DNA of 63,791 bases, counting the filler, from Dicyema japonicum (Eukaryota; Animalia; Dicyemida): assembly GCA_011109175.1 (NCBI GenBank). It is 9 parts of 9 records of this genome, joined end to end, with 100 filler letters (N's around TTAATTAATTAA, not from the genome) between each part and the next. Parts side by side here need not be neighbours in the genome. Positions count along the whole stretch, not along the records: positions 20,867 to 30,713 come from RDEW01000047.1; positions 30,814 to 34,423 come from RDEW01000126.1; positions 34,524 to 47,376 come from RDEW01000008.1; 6 more parts are not named here. The stretch is one strand, 5' to 3'. Position 1 is the first letter of the stretch, and each line of letters begins with the position of its first letter. This document shows, one piece after another, positions 23,913 to 35,113 of this stretch. Under the pieces are notes generated by a model that worked only from the letters and a program-made list of their open reading frames with translations, did not search any database and was not told the origin of the DNA. The position numbers and the translations under genes are program-made.

Positions 23913-24859
23913 CATTCCACTAACTGAAAAGCAATAGGAAGAACTTCTAGAAATAGAATATGTTTTAAATCCTTTTTTCCAAACTACAAAACGGTTACAG
24001 GGGGAAGATTTAACACGTGGATCATTTCTATGGGAATGGAAAAATTTAATATATATAAATTCCAAAAGAGGAGGATTGATCTCAAAAGTAATCACAATTT
24101 CAATGGAAAAAGGGAAGCTCAATTGCTAAACAATGACATCCTGTTAGCTTCTGTCTACGTTGATCCAAGGAATCGAGTGCTCTTGACGGATGAACAGGTA
24201 AATAGAACGAAAAAGGATTATTTGACCTTGAACTAAAAATCAAGGGACAGGAATCACAAAACGTAGAAGAATGTGAGGATACTTATTCATATAATATTGA
24301 CATTCAACTTGAACCCAGTTCCTCATCGTCGAATGACGATTTCGAAAATTATTTGAACAAAATTGAAAGTGAAAAACGAATTAAAATCGGCCACTTGAGA
24401 CCTTTGAATTCAAAATTGCAACTTTTAAAACAAGAATTCTATTCCGCGGCTGATGTGATGCTTCAATACGATCGTTCTTGTCAAATACCACTTCATGATC
24501 TTATTGAGTATTACCCTGAAGCTATCAAAAAATCAGCTATGATGTCTCTTGCTCTACTTCCTACACAAGTCAGCGTAAAAAGGCTGTTTTCTGGGCTACA
24601 ATTTATCAAATCAGACCTTCGAGCTTCTATGAAGGAAGACCTAGTCGAAGTTATATTATTTCTAAAAATAATAGTTAAATTTTCTTTTCTAAATTTTTTT
24701 CTGTTATTCTTACAACGTCTGAATATTTTTATATAATGACCGAAGTCGAGGAGTCGGAGTCTTGCTATATTTAACCGACTCCACAGCCCTGGTTATGAGC
24801 TCTCTACGTGGTGAGAAGACGTTTATACGCTTAAACTTTTTTTTAACTTTAGTACAATT

Positions 24860-25390
24860 TTATTAACAAAGGAAAGTAAAAAAGTTATTATTTTGAGGCT
24901 TCTTATGCCATAGCTTGGACTTTCTTACTGCGACCTTAGACCCCTCTTATGGTTCACTCCGTGTTGCTACATACGAGTCAGCTTTTCAGGAAGTTTTCCA
25001 TCCTTTTCTCTGACACTCCTCTGATTGACATTAATAGCAAATCTTCGTCCTCATCTAAAATCTCGTCGAGCCGTTTGTATAGGAAAATCATGATACCTGT
25101 TCTCGATTTTCAAGAAGCAAGATAAAAAAACTCCTTGTATGCAGTGTAATATCACCTTTCATGTCCATGGAGGAGCGATGGAATGATAAAAAACATATCC
25201 GTTTTGAGCTTTTTTCCTGTTGAGTTTAAAGTTGTGTAACATACTCAATTTTTCCCAAAAATTGTTCCGAGATACTTCGAGCATTTCACAGTATTGATTC
25301 CACAAAGGGATCCTTGTTGATTCCCTTTCTATTTCGGCCGAAAAACTTTATTGCATTAGATTTTTTGACAAATTATCCTTGGAGACCAAA
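24860..25390 (-). mobile_element. Probable LINE 3' remnant
   Basis: Degenerate minus-strand reading with an organisation similar to 60600-60950; no clean motif. Confidence 0.3.
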
Positions 25391-27651
25391 TGAGTCTCTC
25401 ACTTATCTCTTCTATATATACTGAGTTTCCTCTCCGAGGTCATACCCATCTCAACACATCAGGCAGTAGTACTTTGTCTGCGTATGTCAGAGATCTCGTA
25501 CTTGGTGATCTCGGAGACAGGAAACCGGCCAAAAATAGATGGCTCAAATTGATATCTGTGGGAGTCTCTCTTTAATTCATATGCTTAAACTTTACGCTCG
25601 CCCTTAAATATGAACTTTCCCACAACAACGATGCATGTTTCACGTGATTAGAGAACTTGGCGCTTACGTCCATAACATGAGACTGAAATTGTTAACTTTA
25701 TTGGCGATAATTTTAACAAATTTTAAAACAATGACTAACCCCGGATACACCGAGAAAGAAGTAAACAGTAAACAACTAATTAAGTGTATTCAGTTTCCTC
25801 TGCTACAGAAACAGAGTCCTTCAAAAGTCTAAACAGAACCACCATAAAAAGTAAAAGAAGTCAACTCCTTGCAGTTGTGGAAACCTATTCAGTGAAGTGG
25901 GGGAGTGCAAATGATCATTTTTTTCATGCCAGTCTGGCACTGGGCGCCACCTGAGACAGGTGGATCACATGACGCCACTCTAGTAAAAAGAGGAAGAGTT
26001 GTTATTGAATAGTAATTTCAATAAGTACAATTTAATTCTTCACCTTATCGCGAAGGTCTATTAATCCTGACATGAGTATCTGTCTTTATAGATGCGTCCA
26101 CCTCTCTGAGTATCGATTATGAAATTGACAGAATGCGTCTTCAGTCTCTTTGACTTCTTGAGAGTTATACGCCTTTTTTACAGCAATCCAAGAAGCAAAT
26201 AGTTTGTATTCAATGTTTATCAATTATTTATTAAGCTTGCTCCTACGCCCCTGACACATCCTCTTCACCCCAAACTGATTCTCAGAAATAACGTCGAACA
26301 CTTCCAAATACTAGACAAGTTTTGAGTTTACACATTTTGTAACAAATTTATGTAATATGGGCAGACATGTGATACGACGATATGAAATGAAATAACTCAT
26401 AACTAAGGCAACCACAAATATGACCTAAATATGATTGAAACATGACCTTATTAATTTCGAGTGGTTAATATTTTTAACTTAATTTAATCAAATTTATTGA
26501 AATAAAGCATAAAATAATTTTTAAAATTTTTATCATTAAAATTTCTATCCTTTTCGAGCATTTTATTTAACATGGTAGAACTTTTTTTTACCAAAATAAT
26601 TGTACCGTGACATTTAAAAAATTCTGGACAAAACTCTTTTAATTTCGCATTTTTTGATATAATTTACTGGCATTTTACTTGTCCTTTTTTCAATATATAA
26701 TTTTATCACCGACCCTACTGACTGTGCTTCATGAACCTGTTCGCACTCAAGATCCAAATGGCTATGACTTGAGCATAGAAATTACGATAACCTAGAGGTG
26801 TTCATGGATAGAAAACTACATTTTCTTAAAAGGAAAGTTTGTAGTGAAGTTGACCTGGAGGAATTGATTGAATCTATAAATTTTATTTCATCGATAATGG
26901 TAAAAAATATCTTGGCATTTTCTTATTTCTCGAATAATTGGATGGTATCAGAAATCAAATTTTCCTAAAATTATATGATTGTATGATATTTTATCGTTTT
27001 CCACTATTTTTCCATCCTTGAAAAAGAGTTCGCAATATATATTTTTAATATTTCTTGTATAATAATTTGCAGCGTTCAACCAACTTTCCCATCTTGAGGC
27101 AATCCAATCTTTTCAAAAAATACTTTTATTTTTCAACGTAGTATTTTTTCATAGAAAAATTAAATAATCCATATCAGAATAATGTGAACGATTTTTTACA
27201 AGGTACAGCTATGAAGCCGGAAGCGAAACATTCAAATGTATTAGATATACATTCCTGTTAATGTTTTTTCATCGTAATGCGGCAATCCAGATTCGTTGCC
27301 TTAGCCAGAACGATTCAGGGGTTCTTTTTTCGGCTCGCTAGTTTCCCTACTATTTCTTTTATAAAAAATTATAAATTAAATATGACCTAACGAAATAAAG
27401 AAATAATAATTTATTTTAAAAATTAATAAAAATAGATTAAATAATAATTATATTTATAAAAATCATTAAAAAAGACCCCCGTCCGTATAGAAAATGCGTG
27501 GGATCACAGTCGGAATATCGAGAAAAAATGGCCCGATTATTGAGAGATGCCGGGATCACCTGAATATTAGTTATTGGTTAAGACGGTGTTTCTTTGGCTT
27601 AAATAATAATAATAATATGACTTTTGGCTTTTTTATATATGACTTTTGGCT

Positions 27652-30515
27652 ATATGATTTTTAATTTAGCGTGGCGTTATGTGGTCTACCAATTCGAAAG
27701 GATTTGGAAACGTCCAAGGGAACCTAATGCCCACCGAAAAAGGACCGATAGACCCCATCCTCCTGGGGACATTCTCGTCCCCGGGCGATGCATTTTACGG
27801 AAGATCGAACCTTCCCGGAGGAAATCCTTAGCCCATCAAAGCACTTCACGGCTCTCCAGCTAAACATTAACGGGATCAAAGAGAAAATCAGAGAACTGCG
27901 CACACTCCTGGCTTGTCAAGAAATTAAAATTGCGATGATTCAAGAGACCAAACTCTCTTTTAATGACCTTACCCCTACATTCCCAAGATACAAAGCTATT
28001 AGGAAGGACCGTAAAGAAAAAAGAGGTGGAGGTCTGCTCACTCTATTCAAAAAGAACTTGAAATGCAGAGACATCTCCTCGGAAATGAGGAATCTTGTTG
28101 GGGATGATGATGTAACAGAAATAATTGGAATCTCTCTCTGGACAACGGAAGGAAGACTATGTCTTGTGAATATCTACGTTCCGCCTTTAGGTTCCTTTCC
28201 GAAGAGCTATGTTATGCCAAACCTATCAAGACTGTCTTCCTTCGATGAGATCATCATCAGCGGAGATTTGAATGCGAAGCATCCATTATGGCTGTCAACT
28301 CAACTAGCTGACATGAGAGGGAGATTATTATTATCGCAAACAGACTCCCTAACGATATTGAATGATCCATCGAGAAATACAAGGACACCACTGAGAGAGA
28401 CAGATAAACCTACCTCACCGGACGTAACACTCTGCTCATCGTCGCTTTCATCAAAAATTGATTGGTCAGTCTTCTATGAAACAAGAAGCGACCATAATCC
28501 AATTGTGGTGAAGATCAAAAGAAAGGCCAACGTGAGAACAATTCCTGGTAGCTACAATTACAAATGTGCTAACTGGAAATTGTATCGTGAAATTTTAGAA
28601 GATAAAATGAAGAATTGTTACTTGGATAGCTTTATTTCTCTGGAGAATGCCATCAGCTACTTTACCCAAATAATCTTGGAAGCAAGATCAAGGGCTATAC
28701 CCAAACAATACTTAAATTCGTCGAGTGGTCTAGGGAAGACGGCCTTGATTAAAGAAAGAAATCGGCTTAAAAAATCTAACCGGATAACCTTGGATATGAA
28801 ACTCCGGATCAGAACATTGAATAATGAAATAAAGGCAAAAGAGCTCAAGGCCCAGAGGTCGAAGTGGAATCGTGTGGTTACAATGGTGAATAGAAATCGC
28901 ACTACGGGAGAGGTGTGGAAAGCTATTCGAAATGTGGCAAAAGGCGATGAAGTTTCAACAGAAGAGGATTATGTTCAAAGTGATGTGAACAACTTAATAA
29001 AATTCTATACTAAAATTTCACACAAAGAGCACATGAAGTCTGATACACTTCCATCACGCAGGAAACTTAAGATAATATCAAAACCACTCTTCTTTGTGAG
29101 AGAGAGGTGAGGGATACAATACATTCCGTAAAAACAACATACTCCCACGGACCAGATAACATTCCTGTTATCTTATTAAAAATCTTGGAGACGGAGGAAT
29201 CACTTTCTAACGTCAATATTCAACTATTCAATTAATCAGAATGTGATACCGTTGTTATGGAAACAGGCTCTAATACGGCCAGTACTGAAACCAGGAAGAT
29301 CGAGAGAGGACCCAGCGTCTTTTAGACCGGTGTCACTGCTATGTTCAATGTCAAAAATTCTGGAGAGGCTTGTGCTCGGGAGAATAAAAGAATTTTTACC
29401 AGAAAAGACTTTTCAACATGAATTCAAAAATGAGAGATCCACGTCTACATACTTGCAAACATTGACCAAATTCATTCGAGTCGGATTCACAACCAAGCCG
29501 AGACACTTTAAAACAGTGCTCTGCTCGATCGACATACATAAAGCTTTTGACTCAGTCTCGAGGAAGATTCTATCGAGAAAAATATTTCAATCGGAGATCC
29601 CAGGGAAGCTAAAGCTTTGGATTATTAACTTCCTAAGTGGACGAAGGGGACGTGTTTGCCTCGGAGGTATGAAATCAATCTTACGGCTTTTTCCAAACGG
29701 AGTCCCTCAAGGATCTCCTTTATCCCCTTCTCTTTTTAACCTCTTTCTGGCTGATATTCCGAGTCTTGAATCTGAATGATGTTCTACTATCCTATGCGGA
29801 TGATATTGTGTTGGCTTCGCGAGATCAGGACATCCAGAGGGCCACAGAAAGAATACAAATTAACCTGGACAGGCTTAATGCCTGGATAATGGAAAACCGG
29901 CTCGTGGTGAATGCAGAGAAGTCGTCTACGTCACTATTTACCTCTGACAAAAGATTGGGAAGAGAAGACAGTCACCTTGAAGTTAAACGAGGCCGGCATC
30001 CTTTTCAACAGATGTCAAAGGATCTTGGGTGTGAAAATTGATATGCATCTCTGTTTGACATCACACATAGATAACATTGTATTGAAGTGCGAGAAAAAAC
30101 TGAACAGATTGAAAAGTTTATCGGGAAAATGGATAAGTGGTACTCACCCAGTCTTGATGAAAATATACAAACCATACATGAGTTATGTTTCTCATATCCT
30201 TGCACCTCGTGGAAACCTTCTATATCTTGGACAAATATGAGGAAAATCAAGAAAATGCACAAGAAGGATTACAGAATAACGGAGTGTTGGATTGTGAAGA
30301 TCATCAAGCCGGACCTACGCCTCTGGAGGCCCTTATGAGACTTGACTCCAGATCACGGGAAATTGGCCCTGAAAATTCAGGCAGCCTGTACGTTCATGCG
30401 CGGGCACGAAGGAAGAACGACGGGCAAAGATGAGGTCTTTGTTAAAATGCATCGGGATCACGTGATAATTAGTTTTGTTTTACCGTGGTCTTGGGTTAAA
30501 TAAATAAAATAAAAA
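27652..30515 (+). mobile_element. Near-full-length single-ORF APE-RT LINE (~2.9 kb), frameshifted
   Basis: LQLNINGI..K, IAMIQETKL, NIYVPP, GDLNAKH, RSDHNPI (APE); FRPVSLL, DIHKAFDSV, GVPQGSPLSP.LF, YADDIVL (RT); (TAAA)n tail; flanked by ATGACTT(T/C)TGGCT. Confidence 0.93.
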
Positions 30516-30813
30516 ATGACTTCTGGCTGCCCTACCCATACAATGATATTTATTATGACGATAAATTGTTAACAGGAGAGAAAAGGGGCGGTGAGAACAC
30601 TTGATTATGACATTGATTGCAAGCTAAGAAACCACATGGGAGATATAATTATAATTACAGCCCACATTATTGAATGCATCATTTAATAACAAAAAATAAT
30701 ATAAAACAATAAANNNNNNNNNNNNNNNNNNNNNNNNNNNNNNNNNNNNNNNNNNNNTTAATTAATTAANNNNNNNNNNNNNNNNNNNNNNNNNNNNNNN
30801 NNNNNNNNNNNNN

Positions 30814-32040
30814 CAGCGTGATGTTCGGCGGACGAAATTTAACGATCACATATATTAATTCATCAAAGGAGTTTTCCAAATGGTTCACCTGCCTTCTCCA
30901 CAAAAATTCTACAAAATAACTCGGAGTATTTAATACTTGCAAAATATGAACTCATGAAGTGACGCGCAGTACTTCTTTGTCTTTTATTGCGGCATTTTGC
31001 GCTTCCCCACATTCTAAATTTTCCTATTTAATTTTTATGTGAACTTCTCAACAGTATGCGTATGTGCACCTGTCCTCGGGTCTATAAAATTTCGTCTGCA
31101 AATTTATAAACGAATTTCAATAAACCTGTGATTAAATTTGAGGTGCACATAGGCAAGAGCATTAAGATCTGGCGTTGAATAACCTATTTCCAAGAATATA
31201 TTAATTACAATTACCCTTCCATTTGTCAGTATGTATCACTCATACCGGTGCGATATTTCGCTGTATAGCCGCTGTTAGATTTCTTTTCGACCGATCAGGA
31301 ACCATCTCTAGGAAACAGTTTTTACTTCCCCGACAAATTCCCCCAAACACCCATTGTTGAGAGAGAATCCTTCCTGCATTGTTTTTTCGTTTAGAGAACA
31401 TGCTCTCATCAGCTTCGACAACTTTTCCAATTCCACCNAATATATTAATTACAATTACTCTTCCATTTGTCAGTGTGCATCACTGATCCCGGTGCGATAT
31501 TTCGCTTTATCGCCGCTGTTAAAGTTCTTTTCGACCGATCAGGAACCATCTCTAGGAAACAGTCTTTATGTCCCCGAGAAATTCCCCCAAACACCCATCG
31601 CTGAGAGTAAATCCTTCCTGCATTGTTTTTTCGTTTAGAGAACATGCTCTCATCAACTTCGACAACTTTTCCAAATCCACCTTTACAATCTAATAATACA
31701 CTGATACCGATCAGTGTGTTCGGACAATTAGCTAACTGTCGAAGCTCCACATATATCTGAAACGAATACAGGTTTGTAACGAAACTGTCGTGCCTTCAAG
31801 CCACGTACCTGAAAATAAAGTACTCTCTTATTATACCGCTTCTGACAGAACTATAAGTTCGACACCCGCTTTTGTCACACACCCATGTTGTATTCTCCCG
31901 CTGATGGAGAAAGGTAATCAAATGTCTTTTAAGGCATTTCTTTTCTTTCGGAAAGATTCTAACCTCCTGAAGGAAGGCAACTGACTCCATTTCAGAATGT
32001 GGTAGTTCGTATTCAGCACGCAAACGATATATAATAATCC
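30814..32040 (-). mobile_element. Merlin (IS1595/ISXO2-like) DDE transposase, intron-containing, pseudogenised
   Basis: Spliced: WVCDKSGCRTYSSVRS|GTWLEG..., LI|GGFGKVVEVDESMFSKRKNNAGR, WVFGGI, PDRSKRTL, HTDKWK|GY, FNH|RNFIDPRTGAHT, SYFVEFLWRR. Overlap duplication at N31438 and an in-frame stop. Confidence 0.88.
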
Positions 32041-32049
32041 AAAAGTCCT

Positions 32050-32280
32050 ACGGTAGAGATGTTTCTGATTTCTAGATTGAAGGAGGTCGTCGAGCCATGT
32101 GGAACTGAACATAATCCTAAAATAGAATTTCAACATAAACTCTTAAAGATGGCTAGTCTACAGACATCGATGAGAAGAGCACTACGGGATTATCGACCCC
32201 ACCAGACTTGTCCTCTCTATTGTCGGTCTGGGATCACGTAGTTTGTTGAGAAAGCTAGATTTAGTTAATTATTACAATCG
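32050..32280 (+). mobile_element. LINE 3' tail fragment
   Basis: Ends with TGGGATCAC..TAGTTTG, like other LINE tails in the window. Confidence 0.45.
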
Positions 32281-32506
32281 GAAAACAATTTATTACGCAA
32301 CAAGACAATAAAAATAATCCAGCTGATATGACTGAATGACTGTTTCCCGGATAACTGCCAGAGAAATACTTTGGAACAGCCATTCGGTTTCCCGACGCTC
32401 ATCACTAACTTTCGAAATCATTGACCCAAGCATCTTAAAAAAAGACCGTCTTGGGCACGAAGACTCCATTCGTCTCTACAACAACGGGTTGTACATAATT
32501 ACATTA

Positions 32507-34249
32507 CAGGGTTTTCCTATTTATTTAATAACTTTGTCATAAAATTTAATAACTTTGTCAAAAAATTTAATAACTTTGTCAAAAAATTTAATAATTTTGT
32601 CAAAATATTTAATAACTTTGTCAAAATGTTTAATAACTTTGTCAAAATACTTAATAACTTTGTCAAGGGTCAAATTAAAAGAAACCAATTTTATAATTAA
32701 TTGAAAAAAAACAACTATAAATTAAAATTCTTCATTAGCCAATGCTTTAACTAAATGGCTCCGCATGTGGCTATACAAATTATTGCACACATCTGATGGA
32801 ATTTCTCCGATGTTTTGGGTTGCGTTTATTAATTCATCGAGTTCCTACAATTTTTCTTTTTGATGTTGTTTTTCCAAACAGAAAAAAACTCTTCAATTGG
32901 ATTAAGTTGAGGAGTATAAGGAGGCAAAAAATACAATTCATTCCCTATACACGTTAAAAATTAATTGGATATGTTTTTCCAAACAGAAAAAAACTCTTCA
33001 ATTGGATTAAGTTGAGGAGTATAAGGAGGCAAAAAATACAATTCATTCCCTATACACGTTAAAAATTAATTGGATACCAGTTCCGAATACAACATTTTTT
33101 AATTGCTCGCTCTTGTGAATTGATGCATTGTCACATATCATTACCATATCTTAAATAAAACATATAACCATACTTTTTTTCCTTGCATGTTCAAGCTTAT
33201 AATTAAACTGTATTACAAAATCAATAAACGTCTCCGCATGATAAGGGGAGGAATTGATTACGTAATGTAAAAGGCCGTCCACAGAAATAGCAGAACAAAT
33301 AGAGAAATTTTTCTTTCTTATGTTTCTAGTACATTTTTTCGGAGTAACTCCTTTTATAGATCTTCCAAATTTGGATCTCATCGAACAATTGACTCCCATT
33401 TCGTCTATAAAAATAAGCCGTTGATTATCAACTTCAATTATTTTTCTGGAAGATCTATATCTTTCTTCCATATTTATTGTAGAATTTCTCGCCATAGGTA
33501 CAAATTGATTTTTTTAAAACTATATCCAAATGTCTCTAGTGTCCTATTTATCGTCGATTGAGAGACATTTTTTCTTTTCACATCAAATAAAGAATTTTGT
33601 AAATTCTTCAGCGTAAATGAAGCATCTTCTTCAATTTTTTTAGTCAAAAATAAGATGTCCGATGAATTAAGTTTTTTTTCGTCCACAATTATTTCTTGTT
33701 GAAGCAAAACTTCCTGTATTTTTTGACGATAGAAACAACTGTCTGGTAGTTAATACATATGTCTTCGCATATTTTTGAATAAGCCAAACCTACTTCATAT
33801 TTATTTATAATAAGTTTTCGGTTATCCTCGGTTACAGTAGTATTTTTGTTTTGGTAACTATTCATTTAATTCATTTTGCGCTAAAATTTGTTTTTATAGG
33901 AACTTAATAATCCAATAAATATAAATAATGATCCCATAAATATAAATAATAATCCCAAACATATAAATAATAATCCCATAAATAATTTACAAAGTTATTA
34001 AACATTTTGACAAAGTTATTAAATTTTATGACAAAGTTATTAAATATTTTGACAAAGTTATTAAATATTTTTACAAAGTTATTAAATATTTGACAAAGTT
34101 ATTAAACATTTTGACAAAGTTATTAAATTTTTTGACAAAGTTATTAAATTTTTTGACAAAATTATTAAATATTTTGACAAAGTTATTAAATTTTATGACA
34201 AAGTTATTAAATATTTTGACAAAGTTATTAAATAAATAGGAAAACCCTG
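32507..34249 (-). mobile_element. IS630/Tc1-like transposon with long repeat-built TIRs and TA TSD
   Basis: TA|CAGGGTTTTCCTATTTATTT...AAATAAATAGGAAAACCCTG|TA. Transposase LIFIDEMG, ICDNASIH, LPPYTPQLNPIEEFF (D,D,E triad). 21-bp subterminal repeats; frameshifts in the N-terminal half. Confidence 0.92.
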
Positions 34250-34599
34250 TATCATGACCACGTGCCTTATCTTAGCGACTCGCTTTCTGTGGTAGTTTAA
34301 TAATATAGTTCATAGTATTTCATGTTATTCATAAATAAGCAAAAAGGCGTGTTTTTAGTTTTATTGAGAAAACGCGAGACATAATTTTTGTCAAAGTTAC
34401 TGACCCTGTATCATGACCACGTGNNNNNNNNNNNNNNNNNNNNNNNNNNNNNNNNNNNNNNNNNNNNTTAATTAATTAANNNNNNNNNNNNNNNNNNNNN
34501 NNNNNNNNNNNNNNNNNNNNNNNATGACTGCCCAAATGTTTATAAATCCTTTATAAGGTTTCTTGGCCATTAGCCTTACTTTCCCAATAAATAGCGTTA

Positions 34600-34930
34600 C
34601 TTTCTAATCATTAACATTATTTTTGGATAAAAGAACATCTTAAAACTTATAATGAGGTCGTATTTTCAATATCCTTAATACCAAGATGAGGAAGAACTAT
34701 ATTTATGTAGGGGGCAACAAAACCAGAAATTACATCGATGACCAATTTTTATGGAATCCTTAAGAATTTATTTGTTATGAAAAGGGAATTGAAAACCCAA
34801 CATCTTGGATAATGCCTGCGTTCATCATTATACGGAAAATCTCCATGTTCCATTACCCCTTACTCGACATTTCTCAATCCAATTGATAATTTATCCAGCA
34901 CGCGGAAAAAGTAAATGTTTCCAGAAGACG
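34600..34930 (+). pseudogene. Degenerate IS630/Tc1-like transposase fragment
   Basis: ILDNACVHH followed, after a frameshift, by YSTFLNPID. Confidence 0.55.
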
Positions 34931-35113
34931 TCTGAAAATGAGAAAATTAAAAATGGTTTATTTTCACATTAAAATTTGTTTTACCCTTAAATTTTGGTGA
35001 TAACAAAACAGAAGAGCAACTCTTTTCGCCCTCTGGGAACTGCAAATATTAAATCCTTTATGTAGGAAAACAAGACGCCATGCAAAGTCTAATAATTTAA
35101 ACCCGCTATTGGA

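Larger units (their letters stand above)
21661..24791 (+). mobile_element. hAT DNA transposon, decayed, with nested SINE and retroposed insert
   Basis: TIRs CATGGCTGTGGAGTCGG (21661) and CCGACTCCACAGCCCTG (ends 24791). Transposase motifs HMQCAVHKLQLSI, DQATRWGSTYL, VYVDPRNR, PTQVSVKRLFSGL. No 8-bp TSD match. Confidence 0.88.

Noticed and set aside
31390-31412. Minus-strand CTGATGAG...GAAA hammerhead-like core
   Set aside because: It is coding sequence for EADESMFSKRK of the Merlin transposase; stem II does not close properly.
33495-33525. Programmed -1 frameshift at an A7 run joining HTH and DDE ORFs, as in bacterial IS630
   Set aside because: A simple 1-nt deletion restores the more canonical KKINLVPMARNS, and the copy has other frameshifts, so decay is the simpler explanation.
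32521-34235. 21-bp repeat arrays as a CRISPR-like array
   Set aside because: No unique spacers; they are inverted subterminal repeats of a TA-flanked transposon in a eukaryotic genome.
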